DNA from: a bacterium HR35 | Lineage (GTDB): Bacteria; Patescibacteriota; Minisyncoccia; UBA6257; HR35 | DNA length: 56,925 nucleotides | Direction: 5' to 3' | Assembly: GCA_002898235.1 (NCBI GenBank) | Contig: BEIL01000001.1 | Location: forward strand, 191,041-247,965 | Shown: positions 16,480 to 25,566 of the stretch, piece after piece | How the letters are laid out: every line of letters starts with the position of its first letter | Numbering within the stretch: position 1 is the first letter of the stretch | The notes under the pieces: generated by a model | Databases searched by the model: none | Seen by the model: the letters and a program-made list of their open reading frames with translations, nothing else | Told to the model about the DNA's origin: nothing | Position numbers and translations under genes: made by a program

Positions 16480-17754
16480 ATGCCAATCGATTCAAGATTT
16501 GAAGAAAAAAAGAATAAGGATTTAACTCCGGAAAAAATTCAAGTCGGAGAAATTGAAGAAGGAGGCGAAGAAATTTATTTTGAAATAGAAGGGGTTCTAA
16601 ATAGATTATCTCTAGAAGAAATAGAAGGTCTATACCAAAAAATTATAAACCTTTTTCCATTTTTAAAAAATTATTTTTTTATTGAGATAAATGGAGATAG
16701 AAAAAGTTTAAGGATAGGATTTATAATAAAGCAAGAATTTAAAGAGCTTGCATCACATCTTCTTCTTATTATTAGAAATCTTATTATTAGAAATAGAATT
16801 AAGAATATTTTATCTATTTTTAATAGAGTTAACATTCAACCATTCACCCCAGAAGGAATTCTTCAAAATCTTCAAAACATAGAGATAAAAGATTTTAGGT
16901 TTATTTTAACTAATAACACTAATAACAATGAATTATCTCCTGATGTTGTAATTGTAGTGGATCCTCAAGAAAATTTAGAAGAACAGATAAGAAGCAGATT
17001 AGAAATAGAAGCTGATAGAATTAGAGAAGAAAGAGAAAATATTTTGAAACGAGGAGTGCCAAGACAACAAATAAAAATAAAATATGGACAATATGAAATA
17101 ACAATTTCCAATTATTTAGATAAAAGACTTAATGCTGAAGAATTAAAAATAATTAAAAAATGGTTTAAACTTTTACTCTCTTTAAGAGATAAAAATAGAG
17201 GTATAAACCATTTAATAATTCTACCCCAATTAGATAAAACTTTACCCACAGGAGAAAAGATAAATGGTAGATATAAAAGTAATTTAAATGCTATTTTTCT
17301 TTATCCAGCAGCTTTTGAAGAAAGACCTCATAGAGTTTCTTCTAAGATTTCTAACCTAGAAGGAACATTAATTCATGAATCTTTTCATAGGTATAATACA
17401 AGGCCTTGTGAAAATAGAATTTCAACTGAATGGATTAGTTTAGGGTGGATTTTAGTTAAAGAGAAAGGTACTCTAAAAGAAGTACCTCTTTGTCCAGTAG
17501 AATCACCTTACGGATTTTTAGCTAGTAGTGCTGAAGAAGAATTTTGTGATGCATTAGTAAAAATATTAGCAGGTGAAGCTTTCTCAGATCCTCACAAAAA
17601 ACAATTTTTAATTGATTTTTTGAGTAAATTAAGCAAAGAGGGGGAGATTGTAACAGATGAAAAAATAGAAGTAATAGAAATAGAAAAACCCGAAATTCCT
17701 TCCTTTAAAAATGAATTTACTTATGCTCTAGTTACTATTTCTACTTTACAATAA
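16480..17754 (+). CDS. hypothetical protein with HExxH zinc-metalloprotease-like motif
   Basis: TLIHESFHRY, with a downstream acidic SAEEEFCD. The ORF-track start at 16414 reads through the tRNA-Pro gene, so Met at 16480 (MPIDSRF) is preferred. Confidence 0.5.
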   Translation: MPIDSRFEEKKNKDLTPEKIQVGEIEEGGEEIYFEIEGVLNRLSLEEIEGLYQKIINLFPFLKNYFFIEINGDRKSLRIGFIIKQEFKELASHLLLIIRNLIIRNRIKNILSIFNRVNIQPFTPEGILQNLQNIEIKDFRFILTNNTNNNELSPDVVIVVDPQENLEEQIRSRLEIEADRIREERENILKRGVPRQQIKIKYGQYEITISNYLDKRLNAEELKIIKKWFKLLLSLRDKNRGINHLIILPQLDKTLPTGEKINGRYKSNLNAIFLYPAAFEERPHRVSSKISNLEGTLIHESFHRYNTRPCENRISTEWISLGWILVKEKGTLKEVPLCPVESPYGFLASSAEEEFCDALVKILAGEAFSDPHKKQFLIDFLSKLSKEGEIVTDEKIEVIEIEKPEIPSFKNEFTYALVTISTLQ

Positions 17755-17839
17755 TTTTTAATTCTGATTTTTTAACATTGCTTAAGGGCCAGTAAGATTC
17801 AATAATAAAACTTTTATCAGCAGTAAATTCTACTTTTGT

Positions 17840-18961
17840 TTATGGACATTTGCTTGTTTTTATCCAGCCCTCAGGAACATCGCAGGGTGTTGGAAATTCT
17901 TTACATTCTGAGGGATTTTTTGGATTATAAGCAGGAGTGATAACTTGAATACAGATTGGTTTTTGAGGAGTTAAAGAACTGGTATAAACAATTTGAAATG
18001 GTTTATCGCTTTCATCAGCCTCTTTTGATTGATCACCAATAATTTCGATAAGATAATTACCTGGCTCTAATATTTTATTTTGAAAACCAACTTGCCATTG
18101 ATACTCACCAGCATTAGTAATATTTTCAGCAATAATTATTGGCATTGGTTCAGGCATTAGACAGGCTGGTCTTGTATAAAGGCAAGGAATATAATGTTTC
18201 AAATAAATACTTACTGTTTTATCTTTTGGTGCTACCCATCTTATTTTTTGATAAGAATCTATAGGCCAAATTTCTCCACCATTAGGCGAAATAACTCGTA
18301 ATTTTGCTTCTTTTATTGGTGCTGAACTTATTTTTCTTACAATTAAAGCTTCAATTCCATAATTATCTCTATCCATAAAACCATAAACATTTATCTTATC
18401 ACCAACATTAAAATCATCTAATTTTGCTCTTTGCCTATTCCTTTGAAGCAAAATTGTATCATCAGTAATTTTAATTGCTAATTCTTTAAAAGCAATTAGC
18501 TTTCTTAAATTTAAAACACAAGGTAAAGATTTTTCACTTTCTTCTGTTTCAAACATTAAACATCTCCAACCAATATCTCTAACTACAAAAAAGATTGCTT
18601 TTGTATTTTCAATTCCTGGTTCTTTTACAATTCTTGTTATTTTTAGATTATTAAGTTGAATAATAACATCATCTTCTTTATTTTCATCAGGCAAAATTGG
18701 TTTAATGACTTCAGGAGTTAAATTAGCTGAGCTTTCTGGAATAGCTGGTTGAATTCCTTTGGGTAAATTTGCTGGTGTTGGAACAAGTGTTTCTATTTCT
18801 TTTTGAATCGGTGGTTGTGGTTGGTAGCTTGGAGATTGTTGAATTAATTTTTGTAAAATTTCCACAATTTGCCTTAAAAGATTTTGATCAACCTGAACTG
18901 TTTGAGCAAAAGTTAAGCTAAATCCTATAAAAATTATTGAGATTAATAGGAGTTTTTTCAT
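17840..18961 (-). CDS. hypothetical secreted protein
   Basis: Signal peptide MKKLLLISIIFIGFSLTFAQ. Pro-rich linker. C-terminal segment containing Cys residues. Confidence 0.5.
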   Translation of the reverse strand: MKKLLLISIIFIGFSLTFAQTVQVDQNLLRQIVEILQKLIQQSPSYQPQPPIQKEIETLVPTPANLPKGIQPAIPESSANLTPEVIKPILPDENKEDDVIIQLNNLKITRIVKEPGIENTKAIFFVVRDIGWRCLMFETEESEKSLPCVLNLRKLIAFKELAIKITDDTILLQRNRQRAKLDDFNVGDKINVYGFMDRDNYGIEALIVRKISSAPIKEAKLRVISPNGGEIWPIDSYQKIRWVAPKDKTVSIYLKHYIPCLYTRPACLMPEPMPIIIAENITNAGEYQWQVGFQNKILEPGNYLIEIIGDQSKEADESDKPFQIVYTSSLTPQKPICIQVITPAYNPKNPSECKEFPTPCDVPEGWIKTSKCP

Positions 18962-18995
18962 TTTAAAATCAGCTTTTATTTAGTCCTTTATCTAA

Positions 18996-19898
18996 TTATA
19001 AAAAAGATTTTTTACAAATCTCGATGCCTTCTTCTAAACTTACTTTTGGTTTCCAGCCTAAAAGTTTTCTTGCTAAAGAATTATCACCTAAGGTGTGTTT
19101 CATTTCTCCCTTTCTTGCAGGCAAATAAACCCTTTTACCTCCTATTAGTTTAGCTATATAATTGATTGAATAATTTTTACCATAACAAATATTTATCACC
19201 TCTCCTTTGCCAACTTTTTTACTTTTCATTGCTAAAATATTTGCTTCAACAACATCATCAACATATACAAAATCTCTTGTTTGTTTTCCATCTCCATATA
19301 TCGTCAATGGTTTACCTTCTTTTTTAAGTTTTAAAAATCTTCCTATAACCAAGGCATAAGGACCTTCTGGATCCATTCGAGGACCATAAACGTTGAAATA
19401 TCTTAAAGAAACAGTTTCTAAATCATAAAGAGATGAGAAAATCTTGCAATAATATTCGCCTATTAATTTATGTAATCCATAAGGAGAAATGGGATTAGGA
19501 ATCATAGATTCTTTTAAAGGCAAATTTTTTTGTTTTCCGTAAACCGCAGAAGTTGAAGCGAAAATTAATCTCTTAACTTTGTTTTTATAACTCGCATAAA
19601 GAATATTTAATGTACCATCAACATTAACTTTATGTGTTTCAATGGGATGTTCTATAGAAAAAATAATATGAGGATTAGCGGCTAAATGAAAAACATAATC
19701 AACTCCTTTAAATAAAGGTAAAATTCTTTCTAAATTACAAATATCAACTTTATAAAAAATAGCTTTGGGATTTAAATTCTCCTTTTTACCACTAGAAAGA
19801 TTATCAATAACAATAACTTTATACCCTTCTTTAATCAATCTATTAACTAAATGACTTCCAATAAACCCTGCTCCTCCTGTAACTAAAACTTTTGTCAT
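18996..19898 (-). CDS. NAD-dependent sugar-nucleotide epimerase/dehydratase (GalE-like SDR)
   Basis: VLVTGGAGFIGSHL and YGLHK (YxxxK). Confidence 0.8.
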   Translation of the reverse strand: MTKVLVTGGAGFIGSHLVNRLIKEGYKVIVIDNLSSGKKENLNPKAIFYKVDICNLERILPLFKGVDYVFHLAANPHIIFSIEHPIETHKVNVDGTLNILYASYKNKVKRLIFASTSAVYGKQKNLPLKESMIPNPISPYGLHKLIGEYYCKIFSSLYDLETVSLRYFNVYGPRMDPEGPYALVIGRFLKLKKEGKPLTIYGDGKQTRDFVYVDDVVEANILAMKSKKVGKGEVINICYGKNYSINYIAKLIGGKRVYLPARKGEMKHTLGDNSLARKLLGWKPKVSLEEGIEICKKSFL

Positions 19899-19956
19899 AA
19901 GAAAATTATAATCAAAAATTTATGTTAAAATTGATTTAATTAAGTTTGTAGATTTT

Positions 19957-22089
19957 ATGAAAATTTCAGTTATTATACCTGCTTATAACGAAGAAAAAGG
20001 AATTGAAAGTACTATTAAAAGAATACCTAAAGAGGTTTTTGAGATTATAGTTGTCGATAATAATTCAGCTGATAAAACTGCTGAAATTGCTAAAAAATTA
20101 GGTGCTAAGGTTATTAAAGAAACAAAACAAGGATATGGCTATGCTCTGCAAAAAGGTTTTAAAACTGCTCAAGGTGATATTATTGTAACTTTAGATGCTG
20201 ACGGTCAATATCCAGGAGAAAAAATTTTAGAATTGGTTGATTATTTAATTAAAAATGATTTAGATTTTTTAAATTGTTCTCGCTTTCCTTTACAAAATAA
20301 AAACTCACTTCCTTTTACCAGAATTTTAGGTAATTATTTTTTAACTTTTCTTACTAAAATTCTCTTTGGACTTAAAACAAATGACTCTCAATCAGGAATG
20401 ATGATTTTCAAAAAAGAAATTTTAAACAAAATTAAACTTGAATCTGGTGATATGCCATTATCACAAGAATTAAAAATTAAAACTTATCTTGCTGGTTTTA
20501 AATATGGCGAAGTAAATATTCCTTATTATCCTCGTCAAGGAGAATCAAAACTTTTCCCTTTAAAACATGGAATTAAAAATTCAAAATCATTAATAGAATT
20601 AAAATTAAAGCATCTTCACCCTTTATTTTTACCAATTGTTAGTTTAATTTTTATCATTTTTATTTATTCATTTTTAGCTTCATTTAATCTTAATAAGCAA
20701 TTTATTAATGTCACATCAGATGTTAATGGTGAAAATGGCTTAGCTGTTATAAACTGGTTAAATGCAGGTATCTTTAATTTAAAGCTTGGCAAATATGTAA
20801 ATGGCTATTTAGAAAATAAAGATTCTCTAAAACAAATAAACCCTAAAGATTTTTACACTCACCATCCGGTTTTCTATCTTTTACCTACTTATTTTCTTTA
20901 CAAAATTTTTGGCATTTCAGAAATAACAACTCGTGGTGGTATATTTTTAATGTTTTTAATAAGCATCATCTTTTTATTCTTTGCTCTCCAAAAAATTTTT
21001 AACAATCTTTTTTATAGTTTTCTTACAACTTTAATTTTTATTTTGCTTCCTGGAACTGTCTATTATGGCACAACTTTCGAATTAGCAGTTTTTTCTTTGC
21101 CTACTGCTTTAATAACTTTTTCTCTTTTTATCTTTTATTATTTCTCTAAAAAACAAATTTATTTCTATTTTCTTTTAGCTTCAATATTTTTAGGTGGATC
21201 AATGGGATGGTTTTATTTCTTTATGCCAGCTTCTATTTGGGTTTATTTACTCTTTGATAAAAACAAAAACTTTATCAAAGAAAGAAAAATTTTGTTAATA
21301 ACTTTACCTTTAGTTTCGACTTTAATTTTTTCTTTTAATTTGTTACATATCTATCTTCTTAAAAGAACTTATGGATTTCAAGATTTAAAAGAAGCTTTTC
21401 TTTATAGATCCCAAAGAGCACCATTTTATAACTGGCTTCAAGTAATTTATATGAGGATGCAACTTAATTTTAATGATTTGTTTTTATGGTTAGGTGTCCT
21501 TGGTTTCTTTTTATATTTTCTTGTTTATTTCAAAAAATGTAAAATCATTTCACCTTTATTTTTAATGCCAATTTTTAATACAATGGTTTTTTATCAATGG
21601 AGCACTCACCCTTTTGGAGTTGTTTTCTTTTTACCAATAGTAGCTATTTTTGTAAGTTTATTTTTAATTTTTATTTATGAAAGATTCAAAACTTACGGAT
21701 TGATTTTTGCTTTATTAATTATTTTAATCGGAGGAATTTTTTCTTACAAAAGATTAGATTATTTTATTAATAAGTTTTTAATTTTAGGACCTAACGATGT
21801 TGCAACTTTAAAAAATTTAAAGAATCAAGTGAATAATAATGAAATATGTTTAGGCCAAAATCAAATGGGTTTATATTATGGAGGAATAGTTATGTGGTAT
21901 TTAAGAAAAAATATTTACTTTTCTCCTGACTGCTTGGACGATGTAAATAAATTTAAAAATCTAAAATTAGCAATTATTTTCAATCCTCAACTCGGTCAAT
22001 TTTATTTAGATGAAGCTAATAAGTTTATAAGTAAAGGATTTAAACCAATAGGTTGCTCTGATTTATGGTGTTATTTATCTAAACAATGA
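19957..22089 (+). CDS. GT2 glycosyltransferase (dolichyl/polyprenyl-phosphate sugar synthase-like) fused to a large polytopic membrane domain
   Basis: ISVIIPAYNEE...VVDNNSADKT...TLDADGQYP is GT-A/GT2. About 480 aa with at least 10 hydrophobic helices follow, reminiscent of GT-C/ArnT-like transferases; that resemblance is not verifiable here. Confidence 0.7.
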   Translation: MKISVIIPAYNEEKGIESTIKRIPKEVFEIIVVDNNSADKTAEIAKKLGAKVIKETKQGYGYALQKGFKTAQGDIIVTLDADGQYPGEKILELVDYLIKNDLDFLNCSRFPLQNKNSLPFTRILGNYFLTFLTKILFGLKTNDSQSGMMIFKKEILNKIKLESGDMPLSQELKIKTYLAGFKYGEVNIPYYPRQGESKLFPLKHGIKNSKSLIELKLKHLHPLFLPIVSLIFIIFIYSFLASFNLNKQFINVTSDVNGENGLAVINWLNAGIFNLKLGKYVNGYLENKDSLKQINPKDFYTHHPVFYLLPTYFLYKIFGISEITTRGGIFLMFLISIIFLFFALQKIFNNLFYSFLTTLIFILLPGTVYYGTTFELAVFSLPTALITFSLFIFYYFSKKQIYFYFLLASIFLGGSMGWFYFFMPASIWVYLLFDKNKNFIKERKILLITLPLVSTLIFSFNLLHIYLLKRTYGFQDLKEAFLYRSQRAPFYNWLQVIYMRMQLNFNDLFLWLGVLGFFLYFLVYFKKCKIISPLFLMPIFNTMVFYQWSTHPFGVVFFLPIVAIFVSLFLIFIYERFKTYGLIFALLIILIGGIFSYKRLDYFINKFLILGPNDVATLKNLKNQVNNNEICLGQNQMGLYYGGIVMWYLRKNIYFSPDCLDDVNKFKNLKLAIIFNPQLGQFYLDEANKFISKGFKPIGCSDLWCYLSKQ

Positions 22090-22466
22090 TCGATGATTTT
22101 AAAAAATTTTTAATTTACGGCATTGGCGGTGGTTTTGGATTTTTAACTACTTTTTCATTAACTATTTTCCTAACTGAAAAATTAAAATTTTATTATTTAA
22201 TTTCAGCAATTATAGGTTATTTAGGTGGAATTTTTATTAATTTTATTTTTCAAGCTTTTATCACTTTTAAAACAAAAGAAAAATTGTTTTTATTAAGATT
22301 TATTAAATTTTTATTTTTCCAACTTTTAGGCTTAACACTTTATTCAATTTTGATGTTTTTCTTTACTGATATTTTAAAAATTTATTATGTTATTTCTCTG
22401 TTTCTTTCAACAGGCATTGTTTATATTATTAACTTTACTCTTGCTAAAAATTTTGTTTTTAAATAA
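22086..22466 (+). CDS. GtrA-like membrane protein
   Basis: 126 aa with 4 TM helices, ending NFTLAKNFVF (typical of GtrA family). A 4-nt overlap with the GT2 fusion. Confidence 0.65.
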   Translation: MIDDFKKFLIYGIGGGFGFLTTFSLTIFLTEKLKFYYLISAIIGYLGGIFINFIFQAFITFKTKEKLFLLRFIKFLFFQLLGLTLYSILMFFFTDILKIYYVISLFLSTGIVYIINFTLAKNFVFK

Positions 22467-22565
22467 AGATTTTTTAATATATTATCCAACATTTAACCAT
22501 TCTTATAATAAAATATAAGTGTGGTTGAGTTGTTTTTAATTAAAAACGAAGTATTTTTTCGAACT

Positions 22566-22750
22566 ATGAATAAAGCCAAAGAACTACAAGAAAAAATTTT
22601 TAAGAAGATGACGCCACAACAAAAATTAAAATTATGAGCAGGTCTTTTTTATTAGCCAGAGAATTAGTCGGTGAAAAATTAATTTATTATGATGAAGAAA
22701 TTAGAAGACCCAAGAAAATTACTCGTAGAAATAGTAAAAATCTTGGATAA
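22566..22750 (+). pseudogene. possible frameshifted remnant of a small gene
   Basis: MNKAKELQEKIFKKMTPQQKLKL stops. The reading continues in another frame as SRSFLLARELVGEKLIYYDEEIRRPKKITRRNSKNLG. Confidence 0.25.
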
Positions 22751-22785
22751 ATTGGTAAAAAACGTCTTTAATTAGTTTATTTCTA

Positions 22786-22813
22786 TTTCTAAATTTCTTA
22801 AGAAATTAAGAAA
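22786..22813. repeat. 28-bp palindrome copy 1 (overlaps the stop codon and 3' end of the ArsR-type gene)
   Basis: tttctaaatttcttaagaaattaagaaa. Confidence 0.85.
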
Positions 22814-23108
22814 TCAAATTTGGTAAAATTTTAAGAACGTTTTGGCTTAATGGCGAAAGACGAAAATAAACTATAAGCCCATCCCTTCTTTTATGAACTA
22901 AACCACCTAAAACAAGTCTTCTCATATGCTCAGCAATGGTTTTATAGTCTTTATTAAAAGCATCAGCAATTTCTCCTAATGACATTTCTTCTTTATCTTG
23001 AAGCAAAAGCAAAATTTTTATTCTCTGATGATTAGCCAAAGCTTTAGCTATTTTTTCAATCTGAAATATTTCTTTACCTGTCAATTTCATATAATAATTA
23101 TAATTCAA
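22806..23108 (-). CDS. ArsR/SmtB-family winged-helix transcriptional regulator
   Basis: LANHQRIKILLLLQDKEEMSLGEIADAFNKDYKTIAEHMRRLVLGGLVHKRRDG. The start may be the second Met at 23090. Confidence 0.75.
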   Translation of the reverse strand: MNYNYYMKLTGKEIFQIEKIAKALANHQRIKILLLLQDKEEMSLGEIADAFNKDYKTIAEHMRRLVLGGLVHKRRDGLIVYFRLSPLSQNVLKILPNLIS

Positions 23109-23124
23109 AACTCAAAAATTTAAA

Positions 23125-23152
23125 TTTCTGAATTTCTTAAGAAATTTAGAAA
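23125..23152. repeat. 28-bp palindrome copy 2, likely operator 17 nt upstream of the ArsR-type gene
   Basis: tttctgaatttcttaagaaatttagaaa. Confidence 0.85.
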
Positions 23153-23241
23153 ATGAAAATTAAAAAATAAATCTTAAAAAATATAAAATTTTAGCGGTTA
23201 TTTTTATATAAGATATGGCAGAAATTTTAATAGCCTTGTAT

Positions 23242-23269
23242 TTTCTAATTTTCTTAAGAAATTGAGAAA
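23242..23269. repeat. 28-bp palindrome copy 3
   Basis: tttctaattttcttaagaaattgagaaa. Confidence 0.85.
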
Positions 23270-23332
23270 TTAAAATGACAAAAATTTGGAAAATATAAAT
23301 TAGTAATAATAAAAGAATTAAGAAGGAGGATG

Positions 23333-23360
23333 TTTCTGAATTTCTTAAGAAATTGAGAAA
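23333..23360. repeat. 28-bp palindrome copy 4 (followed by an extra ttgagaaattgaatt half-site echo)
   Basis: tttctgaatttcttaagaaattgagaaa. Confidence 0.85.
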
Positions 23361-23434
23361 TTGAGAAATTGAATTAGCAGAAGTTTTAAGAGAATAGTTT
23401 TGAAAAGTAGTACGCTATATTGAGATTGAATTAT

Positions 23435-23462
23435 TTTCTGAATTTCTTAAGAAATTAAGAAA
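23435..23462. repeat. 28-bp palindrome copy 5
   Basis: tttctgaatttcttaagaaattaagaaa. Confidence 0.85.
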
Positions 23463-23636
23463 TTATTTATTGCTTAGAATCAAAGGAAAACGAGGTGCTG
23501 GTCAGGTTAAAAGAAAAAATGCCTTGGAGGATTTTTAAGAATTTAATAAGAAATAAAAGTTTATTATTCTGGTAAAATTAAATTATGAAGGTTTTAATTG
23601 TTATTATGCAGAGATGGTAGAAAAAAATTTTTAATT

Positions 23637-24743
23637 TTAAAATAAATTGATTAGTTCTATTTTCAATTTATTTAAAAAATTTTCTAAGGTAAAGTTTTTA
23701 ACTTTTTCCATTGCATTTCGAGAAAAAAAATTATGCAAATCCCTGTTAGTTAATAATTTATTAATTGCTTCAGCTAAAGTTTTTGAATTTTTAGGTTCAA
23801 CTACAAATCCAGTTTTTTCATTTTCATTAATCCAGCTTGTTCCTGTACCTAATTCAGTAGAAATCAAAGGCTTTCCGCAAGCCATTGCTTCTAAAAGGAC
23901 AATACCAAAAGTTTCAGATTTATGAATTGAAGGCAAAACAAAAACATCGCAAGCATAATAATAAGGAATTAAATTTTCAACCGGGGGTATAATAAAAACT
24001 TTGTTTTCTAAATCTAAATCTTTAATCATCTTTAAAAGTTTATTTTTTAATTTTCCTTCGCCAATAATTAAAAATTTAGCTTCAACACTTTTAGCAGCCT
24101 CAATTAAATATTCAAAACCTTTATAATAACTCAATCGGCCAACAGATAAAACTAATGGGGTGCCAAATTTATTTTTAATTTCTTCTGATTCTTTTTTTAT
24201 TTCTTCATTAAATTTGAACTTTTCTAAATCAATTCCAAATGGAATTACAATACATTTTTCTTTAAATTTTTTTAAGTAATTTGAACTTTCAATTAAATTT
24301 GGATTAGAAACAAATATTTTTTTAGCTTTTTTAAGCGCAAAAAGATGAAAAGGTCTAAAAAAGATTTCTAAAATTTTTTGTCTAATAATATCAGAGTGAT
24401 ACCAGATTACCAAATCTTTGTTTTTAGAAAACAAAAAATAAGCAAAAAAACCAAGCGGAAAGGGATAATGAAGAAAAATTGTATCGTAATTTTTAAAAAT
24501 TTTTTTATAAAGAAAGAAAAAATCAATTGACAATGGCATACCCAAATAAACTCCAAAACTTGAAGCTCTAAAAACTTTAACCCCATTTATCTCTTCAATT
24601 TTTTTTCCTGATTTATTATTGCACACCAAAACATCAATAATAAAATCATCGTTTCCATTTAAACCTTCAGCAATCTGTTTAACAATCGTTTCCACCCCAC
24701 CTATCCAAGGATAATAAAGTTTATTTACCTGAAGAATTTTCAT
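23637..24743 (-). CDS. GT4-family (GT-B) glycosyltransferase
   Basis: GRLSYYKGFEYLIEA...ETFGIVLLEAMACGKPLISTELGTG (E-x7-E region). Confidence 0.8.
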   Translation of the reverse strand: MKILQVNKLYYPWIGGVETIVKQIAEGLNGNDDFIIDVLVCNNKSGKKIEEINGVKVFRASSFGVYLGMPLSIDFFFLYKKIFKNYDTIFLHYPFPLGFFAYFLFSKNKDLVIWYHSDIIRQKILEIFFRPFHLFALKKAKKIFVSNPNLIESSNYLKKFKEKCIVIPFGIDLEKFKFNEEIKKESEEIKNKFGTPLVLSVGRLSYYKGFEYLIEAAKSVEAKFLIIGEGKLKNKLLKMIKDLDLENKVFIIPPVENLIPYYYACDVFVLPSIHKSETFGIVLLEAMACGKPLISTELGTGTSWINENEKTGFVVEPKNSKTLAEAINKLLTNRDLHNFFSRNAMEKVKNFTLENFLNKLKIELINLF

Positions 24744-25566
24744 AATATCCCAAATAATAATCCCCCTTAATTCTTTTTAAGACAAAACCGTAGTTCTTCA
24801 AAAATTTTTCTATAAACTTTTTACTATCAATATTATTTTCCCATATCTCTATGATTAATTTTCCTCTAAATTTGCTAAAACTATCCCTCATTCCTCTTAA
24901 GACTAAACTTTCAGCACCTTCTACGTCTATTTTAATTAAACCAACCTCTTCTACATTAATATTGTAGTCTTTAAAGAAATTATCCAATGAAATAGCTTTA
25001 ACTTTAATAGAGTTAGAAAGTTGTTTATTAATTATTGAATGAGTTACAGAATATTCTGAAAGAAACAAATCAATCTCAATGTTTTCGTCAGAAATAGCAA
25101 AATTTAGAGGCATTATTTTGTCTTGAAGATTATTTAAATTAACATTTATCGTTAGAATTTCAAAATTTGAAGGTTCTGGTTCAAAAGCATATATTTTATC
25201 CCAATAATCAGAATATAAAATAGAATACTTGCCAATATGAGCACCTATATCCAAAAAAATTTTTCCTTTTACCTTAAAAAATTCATCAATTCCTTCGTTA
25301 GCTAAAATAGTCATTAAATCGATATCATCTCTTATCTTAAATTTTTTACTATTTACTCCTACAATAAGATTTTCATATAAATATCTAATAATGCTCTTTC
25401 TAACTTTAAAATATAACTTTTTATTTAAAGCTTGAAGAGGTTTTAGAATAATATTAATTAAAGAACCTAAAATAACCCTTATTCTATTAGAAAATGATAA
25501 TCTAACATTAAATAAAAGCAGTTGACTTTTAACAAAATGCAGATAATTAAAAATTAATTTAAACAT
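24721..25566 (-). CDS. FkbM-family SAM-dependent methyltransferase
   Basis: FLDIGAHIGKYS, AFEPEPSNF and LIKIDVEGAE. Confidence 0.8.
   Translation of the reverse strand: MFKLIFNYLHFVKSQLLLFNVRLSFSNRIRVILGSLINIILKPLQALNKKLYFKVRKSIIRYLYENLIVGVNSKKFKIRDDIDLMTILANEGIDEFFKVKGKIFLDIGAHIGKYSILYSDYWDKIYAFEPEPSNFEILTINVNLNNLQDKIMPLNFAISDENIEIDLFLSEYSVTHSIINKQLSNSIKVKAISLDNFFKDYNINVEEVGLIKIDVEGAESLVLRGMRDSFSKFRGKLIIEIWENNIDSKKFIEKFLKNYGFVLKRIKGDYYLGYYENSSGK

Noticed and set aside
23320-23357. AAGGAGG followed directly by an ATG, giving an 8-codon ORF (MFLNFLRN) inside palindrome copy 4.
   Set aside because: The ATG abuts the Shine-Dalgarno-like box with no spacer. The peptide is simply the palindrome read as codons.
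22786-23462. Possible CRISPR array, given 28-bp repeats with unique intervening sequence.
   Set aside because: Spacing is irregular (63-89 nt between the clustered copies and more than 300 nt to copy 1). The repeats are near-perfect full-length palindromes with copy-to-copy variation. One copy overlaps a CDS end. No cas genes or leader are present. Operator or REP/MITE-like explanations fit better.
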